Sequence record: SRR20825019_212
Length of the DNA: 20,000 nt
Direction: 5' to 3' (one strand)
The translations under genes and the position numbers were made by a program. The notes beneath the pieces are model-generated. The model was given only the letters and a program-made list of their open reading frames with translations. It searched no databases and was not told the origin of the DNA. Below, in pieces: positions 8,254 to 16,329 of this stretch. Numbering within the stretch: position 1 is the first letter of the stretch; the number at the start of each line of letters is the position of its first letter.

Positions 8254-9030
8254 TTAGAGCTCCATACCTACAACTCTTTGGATGGCATCTTCAAAAAATG
8301 ATGGATGGTCGGCCACCACATCACCGACAATAATGATTCCAGGGCATGACAAATCCAATTCGCTGGACATATGGACGGCATCATTTAATGTGCCCGTGAT
8401 ACAATTCTCGTTTGGCAAGGTTCCATTTTGAACAATGGCATGCGGCGTGTAACCTTCTCTATACCTCCCTATTTCCTTAGCTATATCCACCAATTTACGG
8501 ACTCCCATCAAAATGACCAATGTTGCGGAAGATTGAGCGGCCCATTGAAAGTCCCTGGAAAGACCCCCTTCTTTTGTTGTTGCGGTAAGGACCCAAAAAC
8601 TGTTGCTCATCCCTCTTTTGGTGATGGATATTCCTTGACTTGCCGGTACCGATATAGCACTGGAAACACCTGGTACCACCTCCACAGGGATTCCAAAAGA
8701 TTCCGCATATTCGACTTCCTCCATTCCTCTACCAAATACAAATGGATCACCTCCTTTTAGCCGGACCACATGACCATACCTAAATGCATTTTCTACGATA
8801 AGGGCATTGATTTTATCTTGACCAAAGCTATGTTTTCCACACCGTTTTCCTACGTATATTTTCGGAATATGCCTTGGAGCTTCGGTTAGTAAATCAGCAT
8901 CCGTTAATGCATCGTACAGAACAACATCGGCCCGCTTCAAAGCGCGCAACCCTCTAACAGTAACAAGGTTTGAAGAGCCTGGGCCTGCACCGACCAAAGT
9001 TACTCTTGCCTGTTCCTTATATTGCTTCAT
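8254..9030 (-). CDS. cobA: Uroporphyrinogen-III C-methyltransferase (SUMT; siroheme biosynthesis)
   Basis: VTLVGAGPG, ADVVLYDAL, VVRLKGGDPFVFGRGMEE, VVPGVSSA, LVILMG; divergent from nirB, which requires siroheme. Confidence 0.95.
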   Translation of the reverse strand: MKQYKEQARVTLVGAGPGSSNLVTVRGLRALKRADVVLYDALTDADLLTEAPRHIPKIYVGKRCGKHSFGQDKINALIVENAFRYGHVVRLKGGDPFVFGRGMEEVEYAESFGIPVEVVPGVSSAISVPASQGISITKRGMSNSFWVLTATTKEGGLSRDFQWAAQSSATLVILMGVRKLVDIAKEIGRYREGYTPHAIVQNGTLPNENCITGTLNDAVHMSSELDLSCPGIIIVGDVVADHPSFFEDAIQRVVGMEL

Positions 9031-9066
9031 TATAAATATTTGTTTTGATTTTTATGAATTCCACAA

Positions 9067-9080
9067 CAAGAATACGTATT
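9067..9080 (-). promoter_or_regulatory. Putative cobA promoter: palindrome AATACGTATT (9071-9080) overlapping -7-like TATTCTTG (9074-9067)
   Basis: Same half-site/-7 overlap as at narK, nirB and nasA; one mismatch to TAnnTTTG. Confidence 0.55.
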
Positions 9081-9105
9081 TATTTTTAAATAATTATCAA
9101 TTATA

Positions 9106-9127
9106 TACGTAATTATACTTAGTTTTG
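9106..9127 (+). promoter_or_regulatory. nirB promoter: 7-2-7 box TACGTAA-TT-ATACTTA (9106-9121) overlapping -7 element TAGTTTTG (9120-9127)
   Basis: Read directly. In sense orientation it is nearly identical to the narK promoter (TACGTAWWWATACTTAGWTTTGATT). Confidence 0.75.
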
Positions 9128-9152
9128 ATTCATATTTCAAAATCATATGTAT

Positions 9153-11672
9153 ATGAAAACTGTAATTGTAGTGGGCAACGGAATGGTGGGATATAAGTTT
9201 TGTGAAAAATTTGTATCCAAATCCTCCAGCGATGAATATAAGCTTATTGTCTTCGGCGAAGAACCTAGACCTGCGTATGATAGAGTCCACCTCAGTGAAT
9301 ATTTTGAGAATCAAGATGCAAATGCCTTGGAACTTGCACCTACTTCTTGGTATAAAGAGAATAACATTGAACTTATTACAGGACAACGGGTCACAGATAT
9401 CAAAAAAGAGAATAAGGAGATCCATACCGCTTCGGGCAAATCTTATACCTATGATTATTTGATTTTGGCCACAGGCTCTGTTCCCTTTGTACCCCCTGTT
9501 TCCGGTGTTGAAAAGGAAGGTGTTTTTGTCTACCGAACCATAGAGGATTTAGGGGAGATGATGGCCTATGCCTCACAAATTAAAGCCATTAAACCCAACG
9601 GGAAAGCAGCTATTTTAGGAGGAGGCCTCTTGGGGCTCGAAGCAGGAAAGGCTGTTTTGGACATGGGCCTGGAAGCCCACGTTGTGGAGTTTGCACCAAA
9701 ACTGATGCCCCGACAATTGGATACCCGAAGTAGTAATGTGCTCCAGTTAAAACTGGAGGATATGGGAATACAGGTACATTTGAGCAAGGCAACCAATAAA
9801 ATCTTGGGCGACAAGGTAATCGAAGGAATGGAGTTTGGAGAAGATGATAGGTTGGACGTGGATATGCTCATCATTTCGGCAGGGATACGCCCCCGGGACG
9901 AGCTTGGTAAAACATGCGGACTGGAAATGGGAACACGAGGAGGAATCATCGTTGACAATAGAATGCGAACATCCGCTAAAGATATATTCGCCATTGGCGA
10001 GGTGGCCTTGTACAACCAAATGATATACGGCCTTGTCGCTCCTGGTTATGAAATGGCCGATGTTGCGGTGAATCAGATATTGGGCAATCAAGAAGTAATT
10101 ATGCCAGCGGATATAGATATGTCCACAAAACTTAAATTGATGGGTGTGGACGTAGCCAGTTTTGGTGTTCCATACATGCCTGCAGAAAAGGGGTTGTCCA
10201 TCATCTTTGAAAACAAGACAAAATACCTCTACAAGAGAATCAATGTAAGCCATGACGGAAAAACGCTCTTGGGAGGGATTCTCGTTGGGGATGCTGCAGA
10301 CTATAATATTCTGCACCAGATGTACCTAAATGGTATCGCTTTGCCCGATAATGCCGAAGAATTGATCGTAGGGGCACGCGGCGAAGGAGGCTCTGCTTTT
10401 GGTAGTGCCATGGATTTGCCCGATACCGCCCAAATCTGTTCCTGTGAAAGTGTTTCCAAAGGAAACATCTGCTCCTCTCTTTTGGATGGCAAGTCCAATT
10501 CTCTAAAAGATGTTATAAATTGTACCAAAGCCACAACGGGTTGTGGCGGATGTAAGCCCATGGTGGTGGAGCTGGTCAATGAGACGCTAAAATCCATGGG
10601 AAAAGAAGTGAAAGATGTTATCTGCGAACATTTCGAATATACGCGACAAGAACTCTACGGCATCATCAAGGTAAAAGGTATCACAAGTTATGATGAGGCT
10701 CTTGACAAATGCGGACATGGTGATGGTTGCGAAGTGTGCAAGCCTGCACTAGCCTCCATTTTTGCCACCATCTATAACCATACCGCCAACAAAGAAGACG
10801 TAATACAAGACTCTAATGATCGTTTTTTGGCCAATATCCAACGAAATGGTTCCTACTCGGTAGTGCCACGAATACCCGGGGGTGAAATAACTCCCGACAA
10901 ACTGATCGTTCTTGGAGATGTGGCCAAACAATACGGTTTGTACACCAAAATTACGGGAGGCCAGCGCATTGATTTATTTGGAGCTGAACTGAACGATCTT
11001 CCCGCCATCTGGAAAAAACTTATTGATGCTGGTTTTGAGAGTGGCCATGCCTACGGTAAATCCTTGCGTACCGTAAAAAGTTGCGTAGGCTCCACATGGT
11101 GTCGATTCGGTATGGACGAGAGTGTAAGCTTTGCCATTGCCCTCGAAGAACGCTATAAAGGAATTCGGTCCCCTCACAAACTAAAAGGAGGAGTATCGGG
11201 ATGTATTCGTGAATGTGCCGAGGCACGCGGAAAGGATTTTGGGGTGATCGCCGTAGAAGGAGGTTGGAACCTTTATGTATGTGGAAACGGTGGTGCCACA
11301 CCAAAGCACGCTCAATTATTGGCGGAGCAAATAGACAATGAAACGGTCATCAAATATCTGGACCGCTTTTTAATGTATTACATCCGGACTGCTGCGCCAC
11401 TAATGCGTACTGCCGCTTGGCTGGAAAAACTGGAAGGTGGCATGGAGCAACTCAAAAAGATTGTGATCGAAGACAGTTTGAACATTGCCGAAGAACTCGA
11501 AACTGACATGCAGGGCCTTGTGGAAAAGTATGAATGTGAATGGAAGCAAGCTGTGGAAAATGAAGAAATCGGCAGGCGCTTCAAGCATTTTGTGAATACC
11601 GATGAAAGGGACGATAATTTGGTCTTTGTTCCCATGAGGGAACAGAAAATGCCAGAACCATGGACCAACTAA
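9153..11672 (+). CDS. nirB: NAD(P)H-dependent siroheme nitrite reductase, large subunit
   Basis: VIVVGNGMVG, AYDRVHLS, ILGGGLLGLEA; two BFD-like Cys sets (CSC...GCGGC, CEH...GCEVC); siroheme/[4Fe-4S] ligands KSCVGSTWC and GVSGCIREC. Start placed at MKTVIV (alternative ATG at 9147). Confidence 0.97.
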   Translation: MKTVIVVGNGMVGYKFCEKFVSKSSSDEYKLIVFGEEPRPAYDRVHLSEYFENQDANALELAPTSWYKENNIELITGQRVTDIKKENKEIHTASGKSYTYDYLILATGSVPFVPPVSGVEKEGVFVYRTIEDLGEMMAYASQIKAIKPNGKAAILGGGLLGLEAGKAVLDMGLEAHVVEFAPKLMPRQLDTRSSNVLQLKLEDMGIQVHLSKATNKILGDKVIEGMEFGEDDRLDVDMLIISAGIRPRDELGKTCGLEMGTRGGIIVDNRMRTSAKDIFAIGEVALYNQMIYGLVAPGYEMADVAVNQILGNQEVIMPADIDMSTKLKLMGVDVASFGVPYMPAEKGLSIIFENKTKYLYKRINVSHDGKTLLGGILVGDAADYNILHQMYLNGIALPDNAEELIVGARGEGGSAFGSAMDLPDTAQICSCESVSKGNICSSLLDGKSNSLKDVINCTKATTGCGGCKPMVVELVNETLKSMGKEVKDVICEHFEYTRQELYGIIKVKGITSYDEALDKCGHGDGCEVCKPALASIFATIYNHTANKEDVIQDSNDRFLANIQRNGSYSVVPRIPGGEITPDKLIVLGDVAKQYGLYTKITGGQRIDLFGAELNDLPAIWKKLIDAGFESGHAYGKSLRTVKSCVGSTWCRFGMDESVSFAIALEERYKGIRSPHKLKGGVSGCIRECAEARGKDFGVIAVEGGWNLYVCGNGGATPKHAQLLAEQIDNETVIKYLDRFLMYYIRTAAPLMRTAAWLEKLEGGMEQLKKIVIEDSLNIAEELETDMQGLVEKYECEWKQAVENEEIGRRFKHFVNTDERDDNLVFVPMREQKMPEPWTN

Positions 11673-11684
11673 ATTACAAATACT

Positions 11685-12062
11685 ATGGAAGCATTATTTC
11701 AACAATACAGCCCGGTTGCTTTGGACAAGGTAACGGTTTGGTTCAAAGCTTGCCAAGAGCATGACATACCGGAAAACGGGGGCGCATGTGTAAAATACAA
11801 GAACAAACAGATTGCGCTATATCATTTTAAACGGAAACAAAAATGGTATGCCTGTCAAAACTTATGCCCCCATAAAATGGAAATGGTATTATCGCGGGGC
11901 ATGATAGGGGATTCCGAAGGTATTGCCAAAGTGGCCTGCCCCATGCACAAAAAAACATTCTCTTTGGAAAATGGGGAAAATCTCAACGGAGACCTGCCCT
12001 CGATCGCTACTTTTCCCGTAAAAGTGAAAAATGGCTTTGTGTATATTGGTTTTTCTGAATAG
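11685..12062 (+). CDS. nirD: Nitrite reductase small subunit (Rieske-like)
   Basis: WYACQNLCPHK...VLSRGMIGD...KVACPMHKKTFSL; directly follows nirB. Confidence 0.95.
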   Translation: MEALFQQYSPVALDKVTVWFKACQEHDIPENGGACVKYKNKQIALYHFKRKQKWYACQNLCPHKMEMVLSRGMIGDSEGIAKVACPMHKKTFSLENGENLNGDLPSIATFPVKVKNGFVYIGFSE

Positions 12063-12077
12063 TTTTAAGAAAAACCA

Positions 12078-12674
12078 ATGAATATGGGCAAGTCCGAAAA
12101 ACTTCTGGAAGCATTCAAATTGTTTGATGACGCCAATGCACAAGATCCCAACAAGGAAAGCTTTGAAGGAAAATTATATCCAAAAGAGTTATTGTATGCA
12201 CAGCGCATGACCGATATTCTGAATGAATTTGAACCGGATGCTTCGGAAGCATTGCAACTAACGGCACGTTGCCAGCACATTTGTAGGTGGGAAATACCTA
12301 GGGAATCCTATGAAATGAATCGGGTGGGCTACCTAAAATGGAGGCAGCAACTCAAGAAATTCCACGCAGAAAAAGCAAGCAATATACTAAAGAAAGTAGG
12401 CTACGATGAAGATATTATTGATAGGGTATCGTTTCTATTGCTCAAAAAACAATTAAAAAAAGATGAGGAGACCCAAACATTGGAAGATGTTATTTGCTTG
12501 GTCTTCTTAAAATATTATTATGAGCCGTTCCTCATAAAGCACGATGACGATAAAATTATCTCCATTTTGCAAAAAACTTGGAGAAAAATGTCAGAAAAAG
12601 GTCATAAAGCGGCCTTGGACTTGCCTTTTTCGGAAAGAGGAATGGAACTGGTCTCCAAGGCCCTATCCAACTAA
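12078..12674 (+). CDS. DUF4202-like protein of unknown function
   Basis: Recalled family motifs: DANAQDPN, ELLYAQRMT, LTARCQHICRWEIPRESY...GYLKWR, QTLEDVICLVFL, KTWRKMSEKG. Confidence 0.8.
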   Translation: MNMGKSEKLLEAFKLFDDANAQDPNKESFEGKLYPKELLYAQRMTDILNEFEPDASEALQLTARCQHICRWEIPRESYEMNRVGYLKWRQQLKKFHAEKASNILKKVGYDEDIIDRVSFLLLKKQLKKDEETQTLEDVICLVFLKYYYEPFLIKHDDDKIISILQKTWRKMSEKGHKAALDLPFSERGMELVSKALSN

Positions 12675-14542
12675 TGCCTAAAGTGGGCGCCGACAAACAA
12701 ATGAAAAGGAGCAATCAGCAGCAAACATTGGAGGTCTCAACCTTCTTGAGAATCCGAAAGTGGTATCTATTGGCACTATCGGCCATTGCCCTTACCATCA
12801 TCATAGCCCAAATCCTTATCCAACAGCACCTCAACTCCCAACTGAACGACTCCCGAGTAATCAACGTGGCGGGTCGACAACGTGCCTACAGCCAAAAATT
12901 GGTCAAGGAGGCTTTATTGCTCAACCAAGAAAATCTTGAGGAAAACGAGCGACAGGAGCTTTTAAAAGAACTGAACAGTACGCTTTATATCTGGAAGACA
13001 TCCCACGAAGGGCTTCAAATGGGGAACGACAGCATTGGGCTTCCCAAAGAGGACAATGTGTCCATTCTAGAACATTTTGATGAGCTTTCCATACACCATA
13101 GTGCTATGGTCGACGCTGTAAAAACAATGCTTTCCCAAAAAGATGCTTCTGGGAAAGCATTGAATGTTCTGTTGGCCAATGAAGGTCCCTTTTTGGAAAA
13201 AATGGACGCCATTGTCAATGAATATGATACCATCAGTAAGGAGCGATTGCAAAAACTTAAGGTCAAGGAATACCTTTTGTTGTGTTTTTCTCTATTGATT
13301 TTGATTTTGGAGGTCCTGTTTATCTTCAGGCCATTGTCAATTCAAATCAAGGAAACCATACGTAATCTGGTTAAAAGTCAGTTACAATCGGAGCAAGACG
13401 CCAAGGAAATCAAAAAAATATTCGAAGAAAAGGAACGTTCGCTACAAGAGTTGAAAGAACTGAACTTTGTTATTGACAATGCCGCACTCTTTGCGAGTGC
13501 CCGTAGTGATGGCACCGTTGTTTTCATCAGTAAAAAATTCTTGATCCTTCTGGAGGAATCCAACATTCCCCCCAACACACATCTTTCCGAAATATTGACC
13601 ACCGATGAAGGACAACAGCAATATCTTGGAGAGATTTTGACGAAACCCCGAAAGAGCATCAGAACGGAGGAAATTGAAATCAAGACCAAAGCGGGCAACA
13701 AATTGTGGTTGGACATGTCCATTATTCCCATGCACCAAACAAGCCTAAAGCAAAGTGTTTTGCTATTATGTTCTGATATAACTGAGCGCAAGAACAACCA
13801 AGAAAAGGTGGAACAACTTACGCTACAAAATTATGAGGATCGCATGCGCCAGAAACAATTACAGGCCAGTCTTATCGTGGAAGGTCAGGAAGAGGAACGG
13901 AAACGTATCGCCAAGGACATCCATGATGGCATTGGGCAAATGCTTACGGCGTTACGGTTCAATATCGAATCCATCAACTTGGACCAAATGGAGCGCACAA
14001 AAGAAAAAATAGCTTACCTAAAAGAGCTTACTTCCGATTTGATCAAAGGGGTGCGCACCGCCACCTTTAATCTTACTCCTCCCGAATTGGGCGACCACGG
14101 TATTTTTCCCGCGTTGCAAAAAATGACTTCGGAATTGAGTAAATTAACGGGAAAGAACATTTTGTTCGAGAACAAGGCAGAACAGAACATCCGTTTTGAT
14201 TCGTTGGCGGAAACCAATATTTACAGGGTTACCCAAGAAGCCGTGAACAATGCCATTAAATATGCGGATGCCAACTATATTTTGGTTTCCATAAACCATA
14301 CGGACAATTTGTTGAGCGTGGTGATAGATGATGACGGCAAAGGTTTTGACCCGACCGTTTTGGACCGTCCTCCAAAAAACAACAGTGAAGGTGGAATGGG
14401 CGTATTTTTTATGAGGGAGCGCATCAGTTACATAAACGGTAGATTGTTCATCAATTCCAACCCCGGTGAAGGAACACGTGTTACCATCAATTACAATTTG
14501 AACGAGACCAAAAAGCCAAAAAAAGAAACGTATGAAGATTAG
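12674..14542 (+). CDS. NarX/PilJ-type nitrate-sensing histidine kinase (TM-sensor-TM, PAS, HisKA_3, HATPase)
   Basis: Two TM helices flank a periplasmic domain with P-box-like INVAGRQRAYSQK; PAS-like region ending DITERK; H-box ERKRIAKDIHDGIGQ; YRVTQEAVNNAIKYA, DDGKGFD, GGMG. The ATG overlaps the upstream stop (TAATG); alternative start at 12701. Confidence 0.92.
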   Translation: MPKVGADKQMKRSNQQQTLEVSTFLRIRKWYLLALSAIALTIIIAQILIQQHLNSQLNDSRVINVAGRQRAYSQKLVKEALLLNQENLEENERQELLKELNSTLYIWKTSHEGLQMGNDSIGLPKEDNVSILEHFDELSIHHSAMVDAVKTMLSQKDASGKALNVLLANEGPFLEKMDAIVNEYDTISKERLQKLKVKEYLLLCFSLLILILEVLFIFRPLSIQIKETIRNLVKSQLQSEQDAKEIKKIFEEKERSLQELKELNFVIDNAALFASARSDGTVVFISKKFLILLEESNIPPNTHLSEILTTDEGQQQYLGEILTKPRKSIRTEEIEIKTKAGNKLWLDMSIIPMHQTSLKQSVLLLCSDITERKNNQEKVEQLTLQNYEDRMRQKQLQASLIVEGQEEERKRIAKDIHDGIGQMLTALRFNIESINLDQMERTKEKIAYLKELTSDLIKGVRTATFNLTPPELGDHGIFPALQKMTSELSKLTGKNILFENKAEQNIRFDSLAETNIYRVTQEAVNNAIKYADANYILVSINHTDNLLSVVIDDDGKGFDPTVLDRPPKNNSEGGMGVFFMRERISYINGRLFINSNPGEGTRVTINYNLNETKKPKKETYED

Positions 14543-14909
14543 GATTAAAGGAAACTCGATACGGTACAGATTGACAAAGACCGAAGTGGAAACCTTTTGC
14601 AAAACAGGAATGTTCAAGGAAAACACAGATTTTGGCCATAGTGTATTCAGTTATGTGCTAAAAGCTAAGAAAGGCATTGATAGCCTAGAGGCCTCTTATG
14701 AGGAAAATACCATTACCCTGTACCTGAACGATAAGAAACAATCGGGATGGGACATTTCGGATAAGGTTGGTTTTAGCGGCACAATGGATTTACCCAACGG
14801 AAAACAGCTTTCGTTATTGGTTGAAAAGGATTTTGCTTGCTTGGACAACACTACTGAAGATCAATCCGACAATTATCCCAATCCAAAGAGCGACAGCAAC
14901 ATATGCTAG
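14532..14909 (+). CDS. Conserved hypothetical protein (DUF7009-like, from recall)
   Basis: 125-aa ORF overlapping the kinase 3' end by 11 nt; MKIRIKGNSIRYRLTKTEV...LLVEKDFACLD...DNYPNP. Confidence 0.75.
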   Translation: MKIRIKGNSIRYRLTKTEVETFCKTGMFKENTDFGHSVFSYVLKAKKGIDSLEASYEENTITLYLNDKKQSGWDISDKVGFSGTMDLPNGKQLSLLVEKDFACLDNTTEDQSDNYPNPKSDSNIC

Positions 14910-15025
14910 ATCTGCAAACATAACTGGCATTATTCTATAAATACAAATGGGTGCAAATGCCTTTTATTGATATCTATGAAAAAAGTAGCACCGCCTGTTT
15001 TTACAGAAAATTTTGAACCTGAACA

Positions 15026-16327
15026 TCATATTTTATTCTGCCCTGTATTTACAACCTTGTTCAGATGGTAAACAAAAACATAATAGGTAAGCAGCAAAAC
15101 CAATATCCAACCGCAGCTTATAACTACTATACCAGTAATCGAAGTATGATAACGACCAACCAATTGCACATACATACTGACCATCATAAAAAAATATATA
15201 CCCCAGTTTATAAATTTCCATTTGCCCAAAATGGGTTTGTGCTGTTTCTTCCTTTGAATTGCTCTTCGCTTTAGGGTAATCCATATACCTGATAGCACTA
15301 ACGATGATATCCCCAAGCCCATAAAAAACCATATAATCTTGGTCACCAATCCTCCCCAATATCCAAAATGCAGTGGGTCGGCGATATCATTGACCCACAT
15401 AGTTTTACTTATTGTTTCAGCATTTTGAACTCCGATCACTTCATAATTATATGGATTTACATAAACCCTATTGGCACGCTGCCGAACCAATGGCACATCT
15501 GATTTGCCCCTTAGATAAACAGGACTTTCATAATCAGTGGGTATGTTCATGTCTTCTACCCTGAAATGCGGAATTGCTTTTTGTGCTACATTGACAACTT
15601 TATCATAATCAATATCATAAGCGAGGTCCATACTATCCGTAACTGTATAGTTTTCCAGTTTGGGGAGTTTGGGATTGACTTTTGTGCGTACATCGGCGAT
15701 GTTTGCTCGTTCTATAAAATACCATATTCCCGTAATCGAAAACAATATGGAAAACGGAATCGACCATAACCCGATCAATCTATGGAGGCTTCTAAAAAAC
15801 ACTAGCGGCCCTTTTTTTACTTCAAGTACAAACAGTTTTCGCCACCATTTTTTATAGAAGAACAAAGCCGTTAAAAAGGAGATCAGCAGCAGAAAGGCAA
15901 AGCTCAATACTATAAAATAGCCAAACTGATAAAAAGGCATGAATAAAAAATAGTGCAGGTCCCTAAAAAAGCGTTGAAAAGTGAGGTTGGCATTCCCCTG
16001 AATTTTTCCTGTATATGGATTTGCAAAGACATAGGTCTGTCTGCCGTTGTCCTTCATGTAAATAATGTCGCACAAGTAGGGTTCCTCCGTACGCATCCAA
16101 TAAGAAACCTGACCCTCTGGATATTGCTTTTCAAGGTTGGCGAGAATTGTATTTCTCGAAGCAAACTCCTTTTGTGGCTTTGCCCTTATTTCTGAAATAA
16201 ACAGCCAGTCCAACTCATGGCTAAGGGTGGCCATGGTACCAGAAAAGCATACTATAAAAAATAGTATGCTCAACTTGGTTCCGATCCAACTGTGGATTTT
16301 AAAAAGTTTCTTTTTTGATAATTTCAA
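15026..16327 (-). CDS. PepSY-associated TM helix protein (iron-regulated membrane protein, likely ferri-siderophore reductase-like)
   Basis: His motifs KIHSWIG, FFRDLHYFL, RSLHRLIGLW and PLHFGYWGG; ANPYTG/VNPYNY PepSY repeats; TTG start 2 nt after the receptor stop codon. Confidence 0.9.
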   Translation of the reverse strand: MKLSKKKLFKIHSWIGTKLSILFFIVCFSGTMATLSHELDWLFISEIRAKPQKEFASRNTILANLEKQYPEGQVSYWMRTEEPYLCDIIYMKDNGRQTYVFANPYTGKIQGNANLTFQRFFRDLHYFLFMPFYQFGYFIVLSFAFLLLISFLTALFFYKKWWRKLFVLEVKKGPLVFFRSLHRLIGLWSIPFSILFSITGIWYFIERANIADVRTKVNPKLPKLENYTVTDSMDLAYDIDYDKVVNVAQKAIPHFRVEDMNIPTDYESPVYLRGKSDVPLVRQRANRVYVNPYNYEVIGVQNAETISKTMWVNDIADPLHFGYWGGLVTKIIWFFMGLGISSLVLSGIWITLKRRAIQRKKQHKPILGKWKFINWGIYFFMMVSMYVQLVGRYHTSITGIVVISCGWILVLLLTYYVFVYHLNKVVNTGQNKI

Positions 16328-16329
16328 TG

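Noticed and set aside
8851-8857. TACGTAT inside cobA (similarly TACGTA at 16555-16560 in the TonB receptor)
   Set aside because: Intragenic single half-sites explained by the coding sequence (IYVGKR; DYVG), with no convincing partner half-site.
9030-9425. 131-aa minus-strand ORF across the cobA/nirB spacer
   Set aside because: Mostly antisense to nirB, runs through the promoter motifs and has no recognisable motifs; shadow ORF.
14926-14965. GGCATT...AATGCC-TTTT as terminator of the nirB operon
   Set aside because: Only a 6-bp stem around a 24-nt poorly paired loop; plausible but unsupported.
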